Shown here piece after piece: positions 18,001-32,691 of a stretch of 64,000 bases of DNA. Within the stretch, counting starts at the first letter, position 1. Every line of letters begins with the position of its first letter. The DNA is from Eledone cirrhosa (taxonomy: Eukaryota), in contig OZ024750.1 in assembly GCA_964016885.1 (NCBI GenBank), positions 16,864,001 to 16,928,000 of the forward strand, written 5' to 3'. A program made the position numbers and the translations under genes. Below the pieces are notes generated by a model. The model did no database searches and had not been told where the DNA came from. It was given only the letters and a program-made list of their open reading frames with translations.

Positions 18001-21000
18001 ACGACGACCATCACTATTACCTTGACTACCACAACGACCATAAGCACGACGACCATCACTATTACCTTAACTACCACAACGACCATCACTATTACCTTGA
18101 CTACCACAACGACCATAAGCACGACGACCATCACTATTACCTTGACTACCACAACGACCATAAGCACGACGATCATCACTATAACCTTGACTACCACAAC
18201 GACCATAAGCACAACGACCATCACTATAACCGTGACTACCACAACGACCATAAGCACGACGACCATCACTATTACCTTGACTACCACAACGACCATAAGC
18301 ACGACGACCATCACTATTACCTTGACTACCACAACGACCATCACTATTACCTTGACTACCACAACGACCATAAGCACGACGACCATCACTATTACCTTGA
18401 CTACCACAACGACCATCACTATTACCTTGACTACCACAACGACCATCACTATAACCGTGACTACCACAACGACCATAAGCACGACGACCATCAATATAAC
18501 CGTGACTACCACAACGACCATAAGCACGACGACCATCACTATTACCTTGACTACCACAACGACCATAAGCACGACGACCATCACTATTACCTTGACTACC
18601 ACAACGACCATAAGCACGACGACCATCACTATTAACTTGACTACCACAACGACCATCACTATTACCTTGACTACCACAACGACCATAAGCACGACGACCA
18701 TCACTATTACCTTGACTACCACAACGACCATAACTATAACCTTGACTACCACAACGACCATAAGCACGACGACCATCACTATTACCTTGACTACCACAAC
18801 GAACATCACTATTACCTTGACTACCACAACGACCATAAGCACGACGATCATCACTATAACCGTGACTACCACAACGACCATAAGCACGACGACCATCACT
18901 ATTAACTTGACTACCACAACGACCATAAGCACAACGACCATCACTATTACCTTGACTACCACAACGACCATCACTATAACCTTGACTACCACAACGACCA
19001 TAAGCACGACGACCATCACTATTACCTTGACTACCACAACGACCATAAGCACGACGATCATCACTATAACCTTGACTACCACAACGACCATAAGCACGAC
19101 GACCATCACTATAACCGTGACTACCACAACGACCATAAGCACGACGACCATCACTATTACCTTGACTACCACAACGACCATAAGCACGACGACCATCACT
19201 ATTACCTTGACTACCACAACGACCATAAGCACGACGACCATCACTATAACCGTGACTACCACAACGACCATCACTATTACCTTGACTACCACAACGACCA
19301 TAAGCACGACGACCATCACTATTACCTTGACTACCACAACGACCATAAGCACGACGACCATCACTATTACCTTGACTACCACAACGACAATCACTATTAC
19401 CTTGACTACCACAACGACCATAAGCACGACGACCATCACTATAACCGTGACTACCACAACAACCATAAACACGACGACCATCACTATTACCTTGACTACC
19501 ACAACGACCATAAGCACGACGACCATCACTATTACCTTGACTACCACAACGACCATCACTATTACCTTGACTACCACAACGACCATAAGCACGACGACCA
19601 TCACTATCACCTTGACTACCACAACGACCATAAGCACGACGACCATCACTATAACCTTGACTAACACAACGACCATAAGCACGACGACCATCACTATTAC
19701 CTTGACTACCACAACGACCATCACTATTACCTTGACTACCACAACGACCATAAGCACGACGACCATCACTATAACCTTGACTACCACAACGACCATGACT
19801 ATTACCTTGACTACCACAACGACCATCACTATTACCTTGACTACCATAACGACCATAAGCACCAACTACCATCACTATAACCTTGACTACCACAACGACC
19901 ATAAGCACGACACCATCACTATAACCTTGACTACCACAACGACCATCACTATAACCTTGACTACCACAACGACCATAAGCACGACGACCATCACTATTAC
20001 CTTGACTACCACAACGACCATCACTATTACCTTGACTACCACAACGACCATAAGCACGACGACCATCACTATTACCTTGACTACCACAACGACCATCACT
20101 ATTACCTTGACTACCACAACGACCATAAGCACGACGACCATCACTATTACCTTGACTACCACAACGACCATCACTATTACCTTGACTACCACAACGACCA
20201 TAAGCACGACGACCATCACTATTACCTTGACTACCACAACGACCATCACTATAACCGTGACTACCACAACGACCATAAGCACGACAACCATCACTATTAC
20301 CTTGACTACCACAACGACCATAAGCACGACGACCATCACTATTACCTTGACTACCACAACGACCATCACTATAACCTTGACTACCACAACGACCATAAGC
20401 ACGACGACCATCACTATTACCTTAACTACCACAACGACCATCACTATTACCTTGACTACCACAACGACCATAAGCACGACGACCATCACTATTACCTTGA
20501 CTACCACAACGACCATAAGCACGACGATCATCACTATAACCTTGACTACCACAACGACCATAAGCACGACGACCATCACTATAACCGTGACTACCACAAC
20601 GACCATAAGCACGACGACCATCACTATTACCTTGACTACCACAACGACCATCACTATAACCGTGACTACCACAACGACCATAAGCACGACGACCATCACT
20701 ATAACCGTGACTACCACAACGACCATCACTATTACCTTGACTACCACAATGACCATAAGCACGGCGACCATCACTACTACCTTGACTACCACAACGACCA
20801 TAAGCACGACGACCATCACTATAACCGTGACTACCACAACGACCATAAGCACGACGACCATCACTATTACCTTGACTACCACAACGACCATAAGCACGAC
20901 GACCATCACTATTACCTTGACTACCACAACGACCATAAGCACGACGACCATCACTATTACCTTGACTACCACATCGACCATCACTATTACCTTGACTACC

Positions 21001-24000
21001 ACAACGACCATAAGCACGACGACCATCACTATTACCTTGACTACCACAACGACCATCACTATTACCTTGACTACCACAACGACCATAAGCACGACGACCA
21101 TCACTATTACCTTGACTACCACAACGACCATCACTATTACCTTGACTACCACAACGACCATAAGCACGACGACCATCACTATTACCTTGACTACCACAAC
21201 GACCATCACTATTACCTTGACTACCACAACGACCATAAGCACGACGACCATCACTATTACCTTGACTACCACAACGACCATAAGCACGACGACCATCACT
21301 ATTACCTTGACTACCACAACGACCATCACTATTACCTTGACTACCACAACGACCATAAGCACGACGACCATCACTATTACCTTGACTACCACAACGACCA
21401 TCACTATTACCTTGACTACCACAACGACCATCACTATTACCTTGACTACCACAACGACCATCACTATTACCTTGACTACCACAACGACCATAAGCACGAC
21501 GACCATCACTATTACCTTAACTACCACAACCACCATCACTATAACCTTGACTACCACAACGACCATAAGCACGACGACCATCACTATAACCTTGACTACC
21601 ACAACGACCTTAAGCACGACGACCATCACTATAACCTTGACTACCACAACGACCATAAACACAACGACCATCACTATTACCTTGACTACCACAACGACCA
21701 TCACTATTACCTTGACTACCACAACGACCATAAGCACGACGACCATCACTATAACCTTGACTACCACAACGACCATAAGCACGACGACCATCACTATAAC
21801 CTTGACTACCACAACGACCATAAACACGACGACCATCACTATTACCTTGACTACCACAACGACCATCACTATTACCTTGACTACCACAACGACCATAAGC
21901 ACGACGACCATCACTATAACCTTGACTACCACAACGACCATAAGCACGACGACCATCACTATAACCGTGACTACCACAACGACCATCACTATTACCTTGA
22001 CTACCACATTGACCATAAGCACGGCGACCATCACTATTACCTTGACTACCACAACGACCATAAGCACGACGACCATCACTATAACCGTGACTACCACAAC
22101 GACCATCACTATTACCTTGACTACCACAACGACCATCACTATTACCTTGACTACCACAACGACCATAAGCACGACGACCATCACTATAACCGTGACTACC
22201 ACAACGACCATCACTATTACCTTGACTACCACAATGACCATAAGCACGGCGACCATCACTATTACCTTGACTACCACAACGACCATAAGCACGACGACCA
22301 TCACTATAACCGTGACTACCACAACGACCATCACTATTACCTTGACTACCACAACGACCATAAGCACGACGACCATCACTATTACCTTGACTACCACAAC
22401 GACCATCACTATTACCTTGACTACCACAACGACCATAAACACGACGACCATCACTATAACCTTGACTACCACAACGACCATCACTATTACCTTGACTACC
22501 ACAACGACCATAAGCACGACGACCATCACTATAACCTTGACTACCACAACGACCATGACTATTACCTTGACTACCACAACGACCATCACTATTACCTTGA
22601 CTACCATAACGACCATAAGCACCAACTACCATCACTATAACCTTGACTACCACAACGACCATAAGCACGACACCATCACTATAACCTTGACTACCACAAC
22701 GACCATCACTATAACCTTGACTACCACAACGACCATAAGCACGACGACCATCACTATTACCTTGACTACCACAACGACCATCACTATTACCTTGACTACC
22801 ACAACGACCATAAGCACGACGACCATCACTATTACCTTGACTACCACAACGACCATCACTATTACCTTGACTACCACAACGACCATAAGCACGACGACCA
22901 TCACTATTACCTTGACTACCACAACGACCATCACTATTACCTTGACTACCACAACGACCATAAGCACGACGACCATCACTATTACCTTGACTACCACAAC
23001 GACCATCACTATAACCGTGACTACCACAACGACCATAAGCACGACAACCATCACTATTACCTTGACTACCACAACGACCATAAGCACGACGACCATCACT
23101 ATTACCTTGACTACCACAACGACCATCACTATAACCTTGACTACCACAACGACCATAAGCACGACGACCATCACTATTACCTTAACTACCACAACGACCA
23201 TCACTATTACCTTGACTACCACAACGACCATAAGCACGACGACCATCACTATTACCTTGACTACCACAACGACCATAAGCACGACGATCATCACTATAAC
23301 CTTGACTACCACAAAGACCATAAGCACGACGACCATCACTATAACCGTGACTACCACAACGACCATAAGCACGACGACCATCACTATTACCTTGACTACC
23401 ACAACGACCATCACTATAACCGTGACTACCACAACGACCATAAGCACGACGACCATCACTATAACCGTGACTACCACAACGACCATCACTATTACCTTGA
23501 CTACCACAATGACCATAAGCACGGCGACCATCACTACTACCTTGACTACCACAACGACCATAAGCACGACGACCATCACTATAACCGTGACTACCACAAC
23601 GACCATAAGCACGACGACCATCACTATTACCTTGACTACCACAACGACCATAAGCACGACGACCATCACTATTACCTTGACTACCACAACGACCATAAGC
23701 ACGACGACCATCACTATTACCTTGACTACCACAACGACCATCACTATTACCTTGACTACCACAACGACCATAAGCACGACGACCATCACTATTACCTTGA
23801 CTACCACAACGACCATCACTATTACCTTGACTACCACAACGACCATAAGCACGACGACCATCACTATTACCTTGACTACCACAACGACCATAAGCACGAC
23901 GACCATCACTATTACCTTGACTACCACAACGACCATCACTATTACCTTGAATACCACAACGACCATAAGCACGACGACCATCACTATTACCTTGACTACC

Positions 24001-27000
24001 ACAACGACCATAAGCACGACGACCATCACTATTACCTTGACTACCACAACGACCATAAGCACGACGACCATCACTATTACCTTGACTACCACAACGACCA
24101 TCACTATTACCTTGACTACCACAACGACCATAAGCACGACGACCATCACTATTACCTTGACTACCACAACGACCATCACTATTACCTTGACTACCACAAC
24201 GACCATCACTATTACCTTGACTACCACAACGACCATCACTATTACCTTGACTACCACAACGACCATAAGCACGACGACCATCACTATTACCTTAACTACC
24301 ACAACCACCATCACTATAACCTTGACTACCACAACGACCATAAGCACGACGACCATCACTATAACCTTGACTACCACAACGACCATAAACACAACGACCA
24401 TCACTATTACCTTGACTACCACAACGACCATCACTATTACCTTGACTACCACAACGACCATAAGCACGACGACCATCACTATAACCTTGACTACCACAAC
24501 GACCATAAGCACGACGACCATCACTATAACCTTGACTACCACAACGACCATAAACACGACGACCATCACTATTACCTTGACTACCACAACGACCATCACT
24601 ATTACCTTGACTACCACAACGACCATAAGCACGACGACCATCACTATAACCTTGACTACCACAACGACCATAAGCACGACGACCATCACTATAACCGTGA
24701 CTACCACAACGACCATCACTATTACCTTGACTACCACATTGACCATAAGCACGGCGACCATCACTATTACCTTGACTACCACAACGACCATAAGCACGAC
24801 GACCATCACTATAACCGTGACTACCACAACGACCATCACTATTACCTTGACTACCACAACGACCATCACTATTACCTTGACTACCACAACGACCATAAGC
24901 ACGACGACCATCACTATAACCGTGACTACCACAACGACCATCACTATTACCTTGACTACCACAATGACCATAAGCACGGCGACCATCACTATTACCTTGA
25001 CTACCACAACGAACATAAGCACGACGACCATCACTATAACCGTGACTACCACAACGACCATCACTATTACCTTGACTACCACAACGACCATAAGCACGAC
25101 GACCATCACTATTACCTTGACTACCACAACGACCATCACTATTACCTTGACTACCACAACGACCATAAACACGACGACCATCACTATAACCTTGACTACC
25201 ACAACGACCATCACTATTACCTTGACTACCACAACGACCATCTCTATTACCTTGACTACCACAACGACCATAAACACGACGACCATCACTATAACCTTGA
25301 CTACCACAACGACCATCACTATTACCTTGACTACCACAACGACCATCACTATAACCTTGACTACCACAACGACCATAAGCACGACGACCATCACTATTAC
25401 CTTGACTACCACAACGACCATCACTATTACCTTGACTACCACAACGACCATAAGCACGACGACCATCACTATTACCTTGACTACCACAACGACCATCACT
25501 ATTACCTTGACTACCACAACGACCATAAGCACGACGACCATCACTATTACCTTGACTACCACAACGACCATCACTATTACCTTGACTACCACAACGACCA
25601 TAAGCACGACGACCATCACTATTACCTTGACTACCACAACGACCATCACTATTACCTTGACTACCACAACGACCATAAGCACGACGACCATCACTATTAC
25701 CTTGACTACCACAACGACCATCACTATTACCTTGACTACCACAACGACCATCACTATTACCTTGACTACCACAACGACCATCACTATTACCTTGACTACC
25801 ACAACGACCATAAGCACGACGACCATCACTATTACCTTGACTACCACAACGACCATCACTTTAACCGTGACTACCACAACGACCATAAGCACGACGACCA
25901 TCACTATTACCTTGACTACCACAACGACCATAAGCACGACGACCATCACTATTACCTTGACTACCACAACGACCATCACTATTACCTTGACTACCACAAC
26001 GACCATAAGCACGACGACCATCACTATTACCTTGACTACCACAACGACCATCACTATTACCTTGACTACCACAACGACCATAAGCACGACGACCATCACT
26101 ATTACCTTGACTACCACAACGACCATAAGCACGACGACCATCACTATTACCTTGACTACCACAACGACCATCACTATTACCTTGAATACCACAACGACCA
26201 TAAGCACGACGACCATCACTATTACCTTGACTACCACAACGACCATAAGCACGACGACCATCACTATTACCTTGACTACCACAACGACCATAAGCACGAC
26301 GACCATCACTATTACCTTGACTACCACAACGACCATCACTATTACCTTGACTACCACAACGACCATAAGCACGACGACCATCACTATTACCTTGACTACC
26401 ACAACGACCATCACTATTACCTTGACTACCACAACGACCATCACTATTACCTTGACTACCACAACGACCATCACTATTACCTTGACTACCACAACGACCA
26501 TAAGCACGACGACCATCACTATTACCTTAACTACCACAACCACCATCACTATAACCTTGACTACCACAACGACCATAAGCACGACGACCATCACTATAAC
26601 CTTGACTACCACAACGACCATAAACACAACGACCATCACTATTACCTTGACTACCACAACGACCATCACTATTACCTTGACTACCACAACGACCATAAGC
26701 ACGACGACCATCACTATAACCTTGACTACCACAACGACCATAAGCACGACGACCATCACTATAACCTTGACTACCACAACGACCATAAACACGACGACCA
26801 TCACTATTACCTTGACTACCACAACGACCATCACTATTACCTTGACTACCACAACGACCATAAGCACGACGACCATCACTATAACCTTGACTACCACAAC
26901 GACCATAAGCACGACGACCATCACTATAACCGTGACTACCACAACGACCATCACTATTACCTTGACTACCACATTGACCATAAGCACGGCGACCATCACT

Positions 27001-30000
27001 ATTACCTTGACTACCACAACGACCATAAGCACGACGACCATCACTATAACCGTGACTACCACAACGACCATCACTATTACCTTGACTACCACAACGACCA
27101 TCACTATTACCTTGACTACCACAACGACCATAAGCACGACGACCATCATTATAACCGTGACTACCACAACGACCATCACTATTACCTTGACTACCACAAT
27201 GACCATAAGCACGGCGACCATCACTATTACCTTGACTACCACAACGAACATAAGCACGACGACCATCACTATAACCGTGACTACCACAACGACCATCACT
27301 ATTACCTTGACTACCACAACGACCATAAGCACGACGACCATCACTATTACCTTGACTACCACAACGACCATCACTATTACCTTGACTACCACAACGACCA
27401 TAAACACGACGACCATCACTATAACCTTGACTACCACAACGACCATCACTATTACCTTGACTACCACAACGACCATCTCTATTACCTTGACTACCACAAC
27501 GACCATAAACACGACGACCATCACTATAACCTTGACTACCACAACGACCATCACTATTACCTTGACTACCACAACGACCATCACTATAACCTTGACTACC
27601 ACAACGACCATAAGCACGACGACCATCACTATTACCTTGACTACCACAACGACCATCACTATTACCTTGACTACCACAACGACCATAAGCACGACGACCA
27701 TCACTATTACCTTGACTACCACAACGACCATCACTATTACCTTGACTACCACAACGACCATAAGCACGACGACCATCACTATTACCTTGACTACCACAAC
27801 GACCATCACTATTACCTTGACTACCACAACGACCATAAGCACGACGACCATCACTATTACCTTGACTACCACAACGACCATCACTATTACCTTGACTACC
27901 ACAACGACCATAAGCACGACGACCATCACTATTACCTTGACTACCACAACGACCATCACTATTACCTTGACTACCACAACGACCATCACTATTACCTTGA
28001 CTACCACAACGACCATCACTATTACCTTGACTACCACAACGACCATAAGCACGACGACCATCACTATTACCTTGACTACCACAACGACCATCACTTTAAC
28101 CGTGACTACCACAACGACCATAAGCACGACGACCATCACTATTACCTTGACTACCACAACGACCATAAGCACGACGACCATCACTAATACCTTGACTACC
28201 ACAACGACCATCACTATAACCTTGACTACCACAACGACCATAAGCACGACGACCATCACTATTACCTTAACTACCACAACGACCATCACTATAACCTTGA
28301 CTACCACAACGACCATAAGCACGACGACCATCACTATTACCTTGACTACCACAACGACCATAAGCACGACGATCATCACTATAACCTTGACTACCACAAC
28401 GACCATAAGCACGACGACCATCACTATTACCTTGACTACCACAACGACCATAAGCACGACGATCATCACTATAACCTTGACTACCACAACGACCATAAGC
28501 ACGACGACCATCACTATAACCGTGACTACCACAACGACCATAAGCACGACGACCATCACTATTACCTTGACTACCACAACGACCATCACTATAACCGTGA
28601 CTACCACAACGACCATAAGCACGACGACCATCACTATTACCTTGACTACCACAACGACCATAAGCACGACGACCATCACTATTACCTTGACTACCACAAC
28701 GACCATAAGCACGACGACCATCACTATTACCTTGACTACCACAACGACCATCACTATTACCTTGACTACCACAACGACCATAAGCACGACGACCATCACT
28801 ATTACCTTCACTACCACACCGACCATCACTATTACCTTGACTACCACAACGACCATAAGCACGACGACCATCACTATTACCTTGACTACCACAACGACCA
28901 TCACTATAACCTTGACTACCACAACGACCATAAGCACGACGACCATCACTATAACCTTGACTACCACAACGACCATAAGCACGACGACCATCACTATAAC
29001 CTTGACTACCACAACGACCATAAACACGACGACCATCACTATTACCTTGACTACCACAACGACCATCACTATTACCTTGACTACCACAACGACCATAAGC
29101 ACGACGACCATCACTATAACCTTGACTACCACAACGACCATAAGCACGACGACCATCACTATAACCGTGACTACCACAACGACCATCACTATTACCTTGA
29201 CTACCACAACGACCATCACTATTACCTTGACTACCACAACGACCATAAGCACGACGACCATCACTATTACCTTGACTACCACAACGACCATCACTATTAC
29301 CTTGACTACCATAACGACCATAAGCACCAACGACCATCACTATAACCTTGACTACCACAACGACCATAAGCACGACACCATCACTATTACCTTGACTACC
29401 ACAACGACCATCACTATAACCTTGACTACCACAACGACCATAAGCACGACGACCATCACTATTACCTTGACTACCACAACGACCATCACTATTACCTTGA
29501 CTACCACAACGACCATAAGCACGACGACCATCACTATTACCTTGACTACCACAACGACCATAAGCACGACGACCATCACTATTACCTTGACTACCACAAC
29601 GACCATAAGCACGACGACCATCACTATAACCGTGACTACCACAACGACCATAAGCACGACGACTATCACTATAACCGTTACTACCACAACGACCATAAGA
29701 ACGACGACCATCACTATTACCTTGACTACCACAACGACCATAAGCACGACGACCATCACTATTACCTTGACTACCACAACGACCATGACTATTACCTTGA
29801 CTACCACAACGACCATAAGCACGACGACCATCACTATAACCTTGACTACCACAACGACCATAAGCACGACGACCATCACTATAACCTTGACTACCACAAC
29901 GACCATAAGCACGACGACCATCACTATTACCTTGACTACCACAACGACCATAAGCACGACGACCATCACTATTACCTTGACTACCACAACGACCATAAGC

Positions 30001-30320
30001 ACGACGACCATCACTATTACCTTGACTACCTCAACGACCATAAGCACGACGACCATCACTATTCCCTTGACTACCACAACGACCATAAGCACGACGACCA
30101 TCACTCTAACCTTGACTACCACAACGACCATAAGCACGACGACCATCAATATAACCTTGACTACCACAACGACCATAAGCACGACGACCATCACTATTCC
30201 CTTGACTACCACAACGACCATAAGCACGACGACCATCACTATAACATTGACGACCACCACGACCATAATCACGACCTAGCCATAACCACGATCACGGCGA
30301 CCACAATAACAACGACTGCG
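1..30320. repeat. Satellite array of 15-bp modules A=ACGACCATCACTAT(T/A), B=ACC(T/G)TGACTACCACA, C=ACGACCATAAGCACG, arranged as 30-bp (AB) and 45-bp (CAB) units
   Basis: Read directly. Continuous from base 1 (window edge) to ~30,260, then degenerates to ~30,320. The + strand is strongly A/C-rich (30-mer: 10 A, 11 C, 7 T, 2 G). Confidence 0.98.
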
Positions 30321-30325
30321 TCAGA

Positions 30326-30490
30326 CACATTGCATAGCAGCACAGAGTTATGGCCCTTTTATATTCTGATTTCAAATCCTGCCGAGGTTTACTTTGCCTT
30401 TCATCCTTACGGGGTGGATAAAATAAAGCACCAGTAATGCACTGGGGAAATTGCTTGCCTTGTGCCAAAAGTAGAAACAATTATTAATAA
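30326..30490 (+). mobile_element. tRNA-derived SINE, 5'-degenerate copy
   Basis: B-box-like GATTTCAAATCC, core TTTGCCTTTCATCCTTACGGGGTGGATAAAATAAAGCACCAG and 3' end GCCTTGTGCCAAAAGTAGAAACAATTATT, all shared with other copies in the window. Confidence 0.85.
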
Positions 30491-30979
30491 ACGATTTAGT
30501 CATTGAAATAAGCAGCAGTCGCCGCCATCGTCAGGAGAGCTACCATCACGACTACAACCACGACTGCGACTGCGACCGACTGAAAGTTATGTTTTTTTTT
30601 TGTATATTTATATGTATATATGTTTTATCACTATTAATAAACAAGGATTACGGCACTGCGCCAGTTATCGTCCGTATCGATCTAACGTTATTGTCGTTAT
30701 TCTAATTATTATGAGCGTAATTTTGTTATAGCTTTGCCAAAGGGAAAAAAATGGATACCGGAAGTGTCTCACCGGAAATTTTGTAAAGAGCCGGAAAACA
30801 GTCAGTTAAAGGTGACTGATAAGATCATAACGAAAAGAAAACGAATTAAAATAAAGAAAGAAAGATTTAAAAGGAAAAGAATAGAAGAAACACACGAATA
30901 AGAAGAATATGAATAAGATTATGAATATGAATGAACAAAAAAGTAATATTTCTGTTTGAATTATCAAATGGAATTATTA

Positions 30980-31345
30980 TAATCACTATACCACCACCAC
31001 TACCACCACCTCCACCTGCAACAACATCACCACCACCCGCAACAACACCACCACCACCATCACTACCATCATGACCACCACCACTACCATCCGTAACACC
31101 ATCACTCCACGACAACCACCACCACCACCACCACCACAACCACCACCACCCGTAACAACAACACCCCACCACCCGCAACAACAACACCACCAACACCACT
31201 ACCACATATAACTAACACCTCTGTTTGGCGGGGAAGGGAGTTGTCTGTTTGTTTGATAATTCTTTTGTTGTAGTTGCTGTTGTTATAGTTGATGTTGTTG
31301 ATGCTGTTGTTGTCGCTGTTGTTGTTGATGATGATGATGATGATA
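30980..31345. repeat. Degenerate (ACC/AAC)n tract followed by a (GTT/GAT)n tract
   Basis: Triplet low-complexity sequence, seen directly. Confidence 0.85.
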
Positions 31346-31413
31346 TTTAAAAAAACTGGATATCACAATAATTGTATCGACAAATATGTTAATGAAAAGA
31401 ACTTAAAATAAAC

Positions 31414-31458
31414 GATAGATAGATAGATAGATAGATAGATATAGATAGATAAATAGAT

Positions 31459-31493
<35 letters not shown>

Positions 31494-31900
31494 TAGAGGG
31501 GGAGAGGGACAAGGGGGAGAGGGCAGGAGAAAGAGAGTGAAGAAGCAGGAAAGATGGGAGTTTTTTAATAGCCGGGAAGAAGAAGAAGATAAAGAAGAAG
31601 GTAACAAATAGATAAACAGAATAGAGCAAGAGAGAGAGAGAGAGAGAGAGAGAGAACGGAGGAGAGGCAGAAGAAAGGGAGGGAGAGTGAGGGGGAGATA
31701 GACGTAGATTGATAAAGTTCGAGAGAAACAAAGAGAAGAGCGAGATGGAGAGAAAGCACGCACACACACACACATACATACATACACACACACATATATG
31801 GGGGGGGGTATGTGTAGACAGAGACAGAGACAGAGAGCGGGAGAGAAAGAGACCACACACACAGACACACACACACATATATGGGGGGAGACGGGGGTGC

Positions 31901-31950
<50 letters not shown>
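31414..31950. repeat. Compound microsatellites (GATA)n, (GA)n, (CA)n
   Basis: Seen directly. Confidence 0.9.
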
Positions 31951-31954
<4 letters not shown>

Positions 31955-32451
31955 CATAAAGACGGGAAGAGGTGAATCTTGAAGGGAAGATGGCGGAAGT
32001 AGGTACTTGTGGTGGCGGGGTGGACAGGAGGAGTAAAATAATATAAGAGAAAAATAAAGAAAATGAATCCAATAGACATTGGAAAGACCTTTCAACGGTG
32101 ATATTATTGTTATTGTTGTTATTGCTTTTGTTGTTGTTATTATTTGGAAGAAGGTTGTCAATACGTCAATCTTCAAAGGAGATAATAGTAAAAAGAGGAG
32201 AGACCGCCACCCTTGCTAGTGCCAGAGGCCAGCGCCATCTATTATCATCTCAATTAGACTGTCTATAAAAATACAAAAAAACAAAACAAAAAAACTACAC
32301 CTCCCCTTCCTCCCCCCACCACTCTCTCCTCCTCCTCCTCCCCTCTCACCCTCTCCACCCACAAAAACTTCCTCTTTTCATCTTTTCAGCTTCTTTCTAT
32401 TTTTCTTATTCTATCAGGGCGACGACGACTATAATGATGATGATGATGATA

Positions 32452-32673
32452 ATTATTTCCACATTTGGCACAAGGCCAGCAATTTGGGGAGAGGGGGAGA
32501 AGTCGATTAAATTGACCCCCAGTGCATTACTGGTACTTTATTTTATCGACCCTGTAAGGAGGAAAGGCAAAGTTAACCTCGGCGAGATTTGAACTAACAA
32601 TGGCAAGGGCCGTAACTCTGTGCGTCAAAGCATGGCGTCCGACCCTCTACCGATACTGCCAATCCACCACCCT
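32452..32673 (-). mobile_element. tRNA-derived SINE, full length
   Basis: On the minus strand: GGTGGATTGGCAGTATCGG (A-box-like), GTTCAAATC (B-box), shared core, then GCCTTGTGCC...AAATAATT tail. Confidence 0.9.
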
Positions 32674-32691
32674 ATCAATAATAATAATAAT

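Noticed and set aside
1-30260. CRISPR array or telomeric repeat
   Set aside because: There are no unique spacers, no cas genes and no TTAGGG-type unit; the context is eukaryotic.
19-30279. Giant ORFs (up to 4835 aa) as mucin/adhesin, poly-Val or Gly-Arg-Cys repeat genes
   Set aside because: They are overlapping ORFs on both strands produced by a stop-poor repeat whose unit lengths are multiples of 3. They have no non-repetitive domains, and propagated frameshifts are present.
32228-32245. CTCF-like motif AGCGCCATCTA
   Set aside because: Only a partial match, lacking the distal TGG; not supportable alone.
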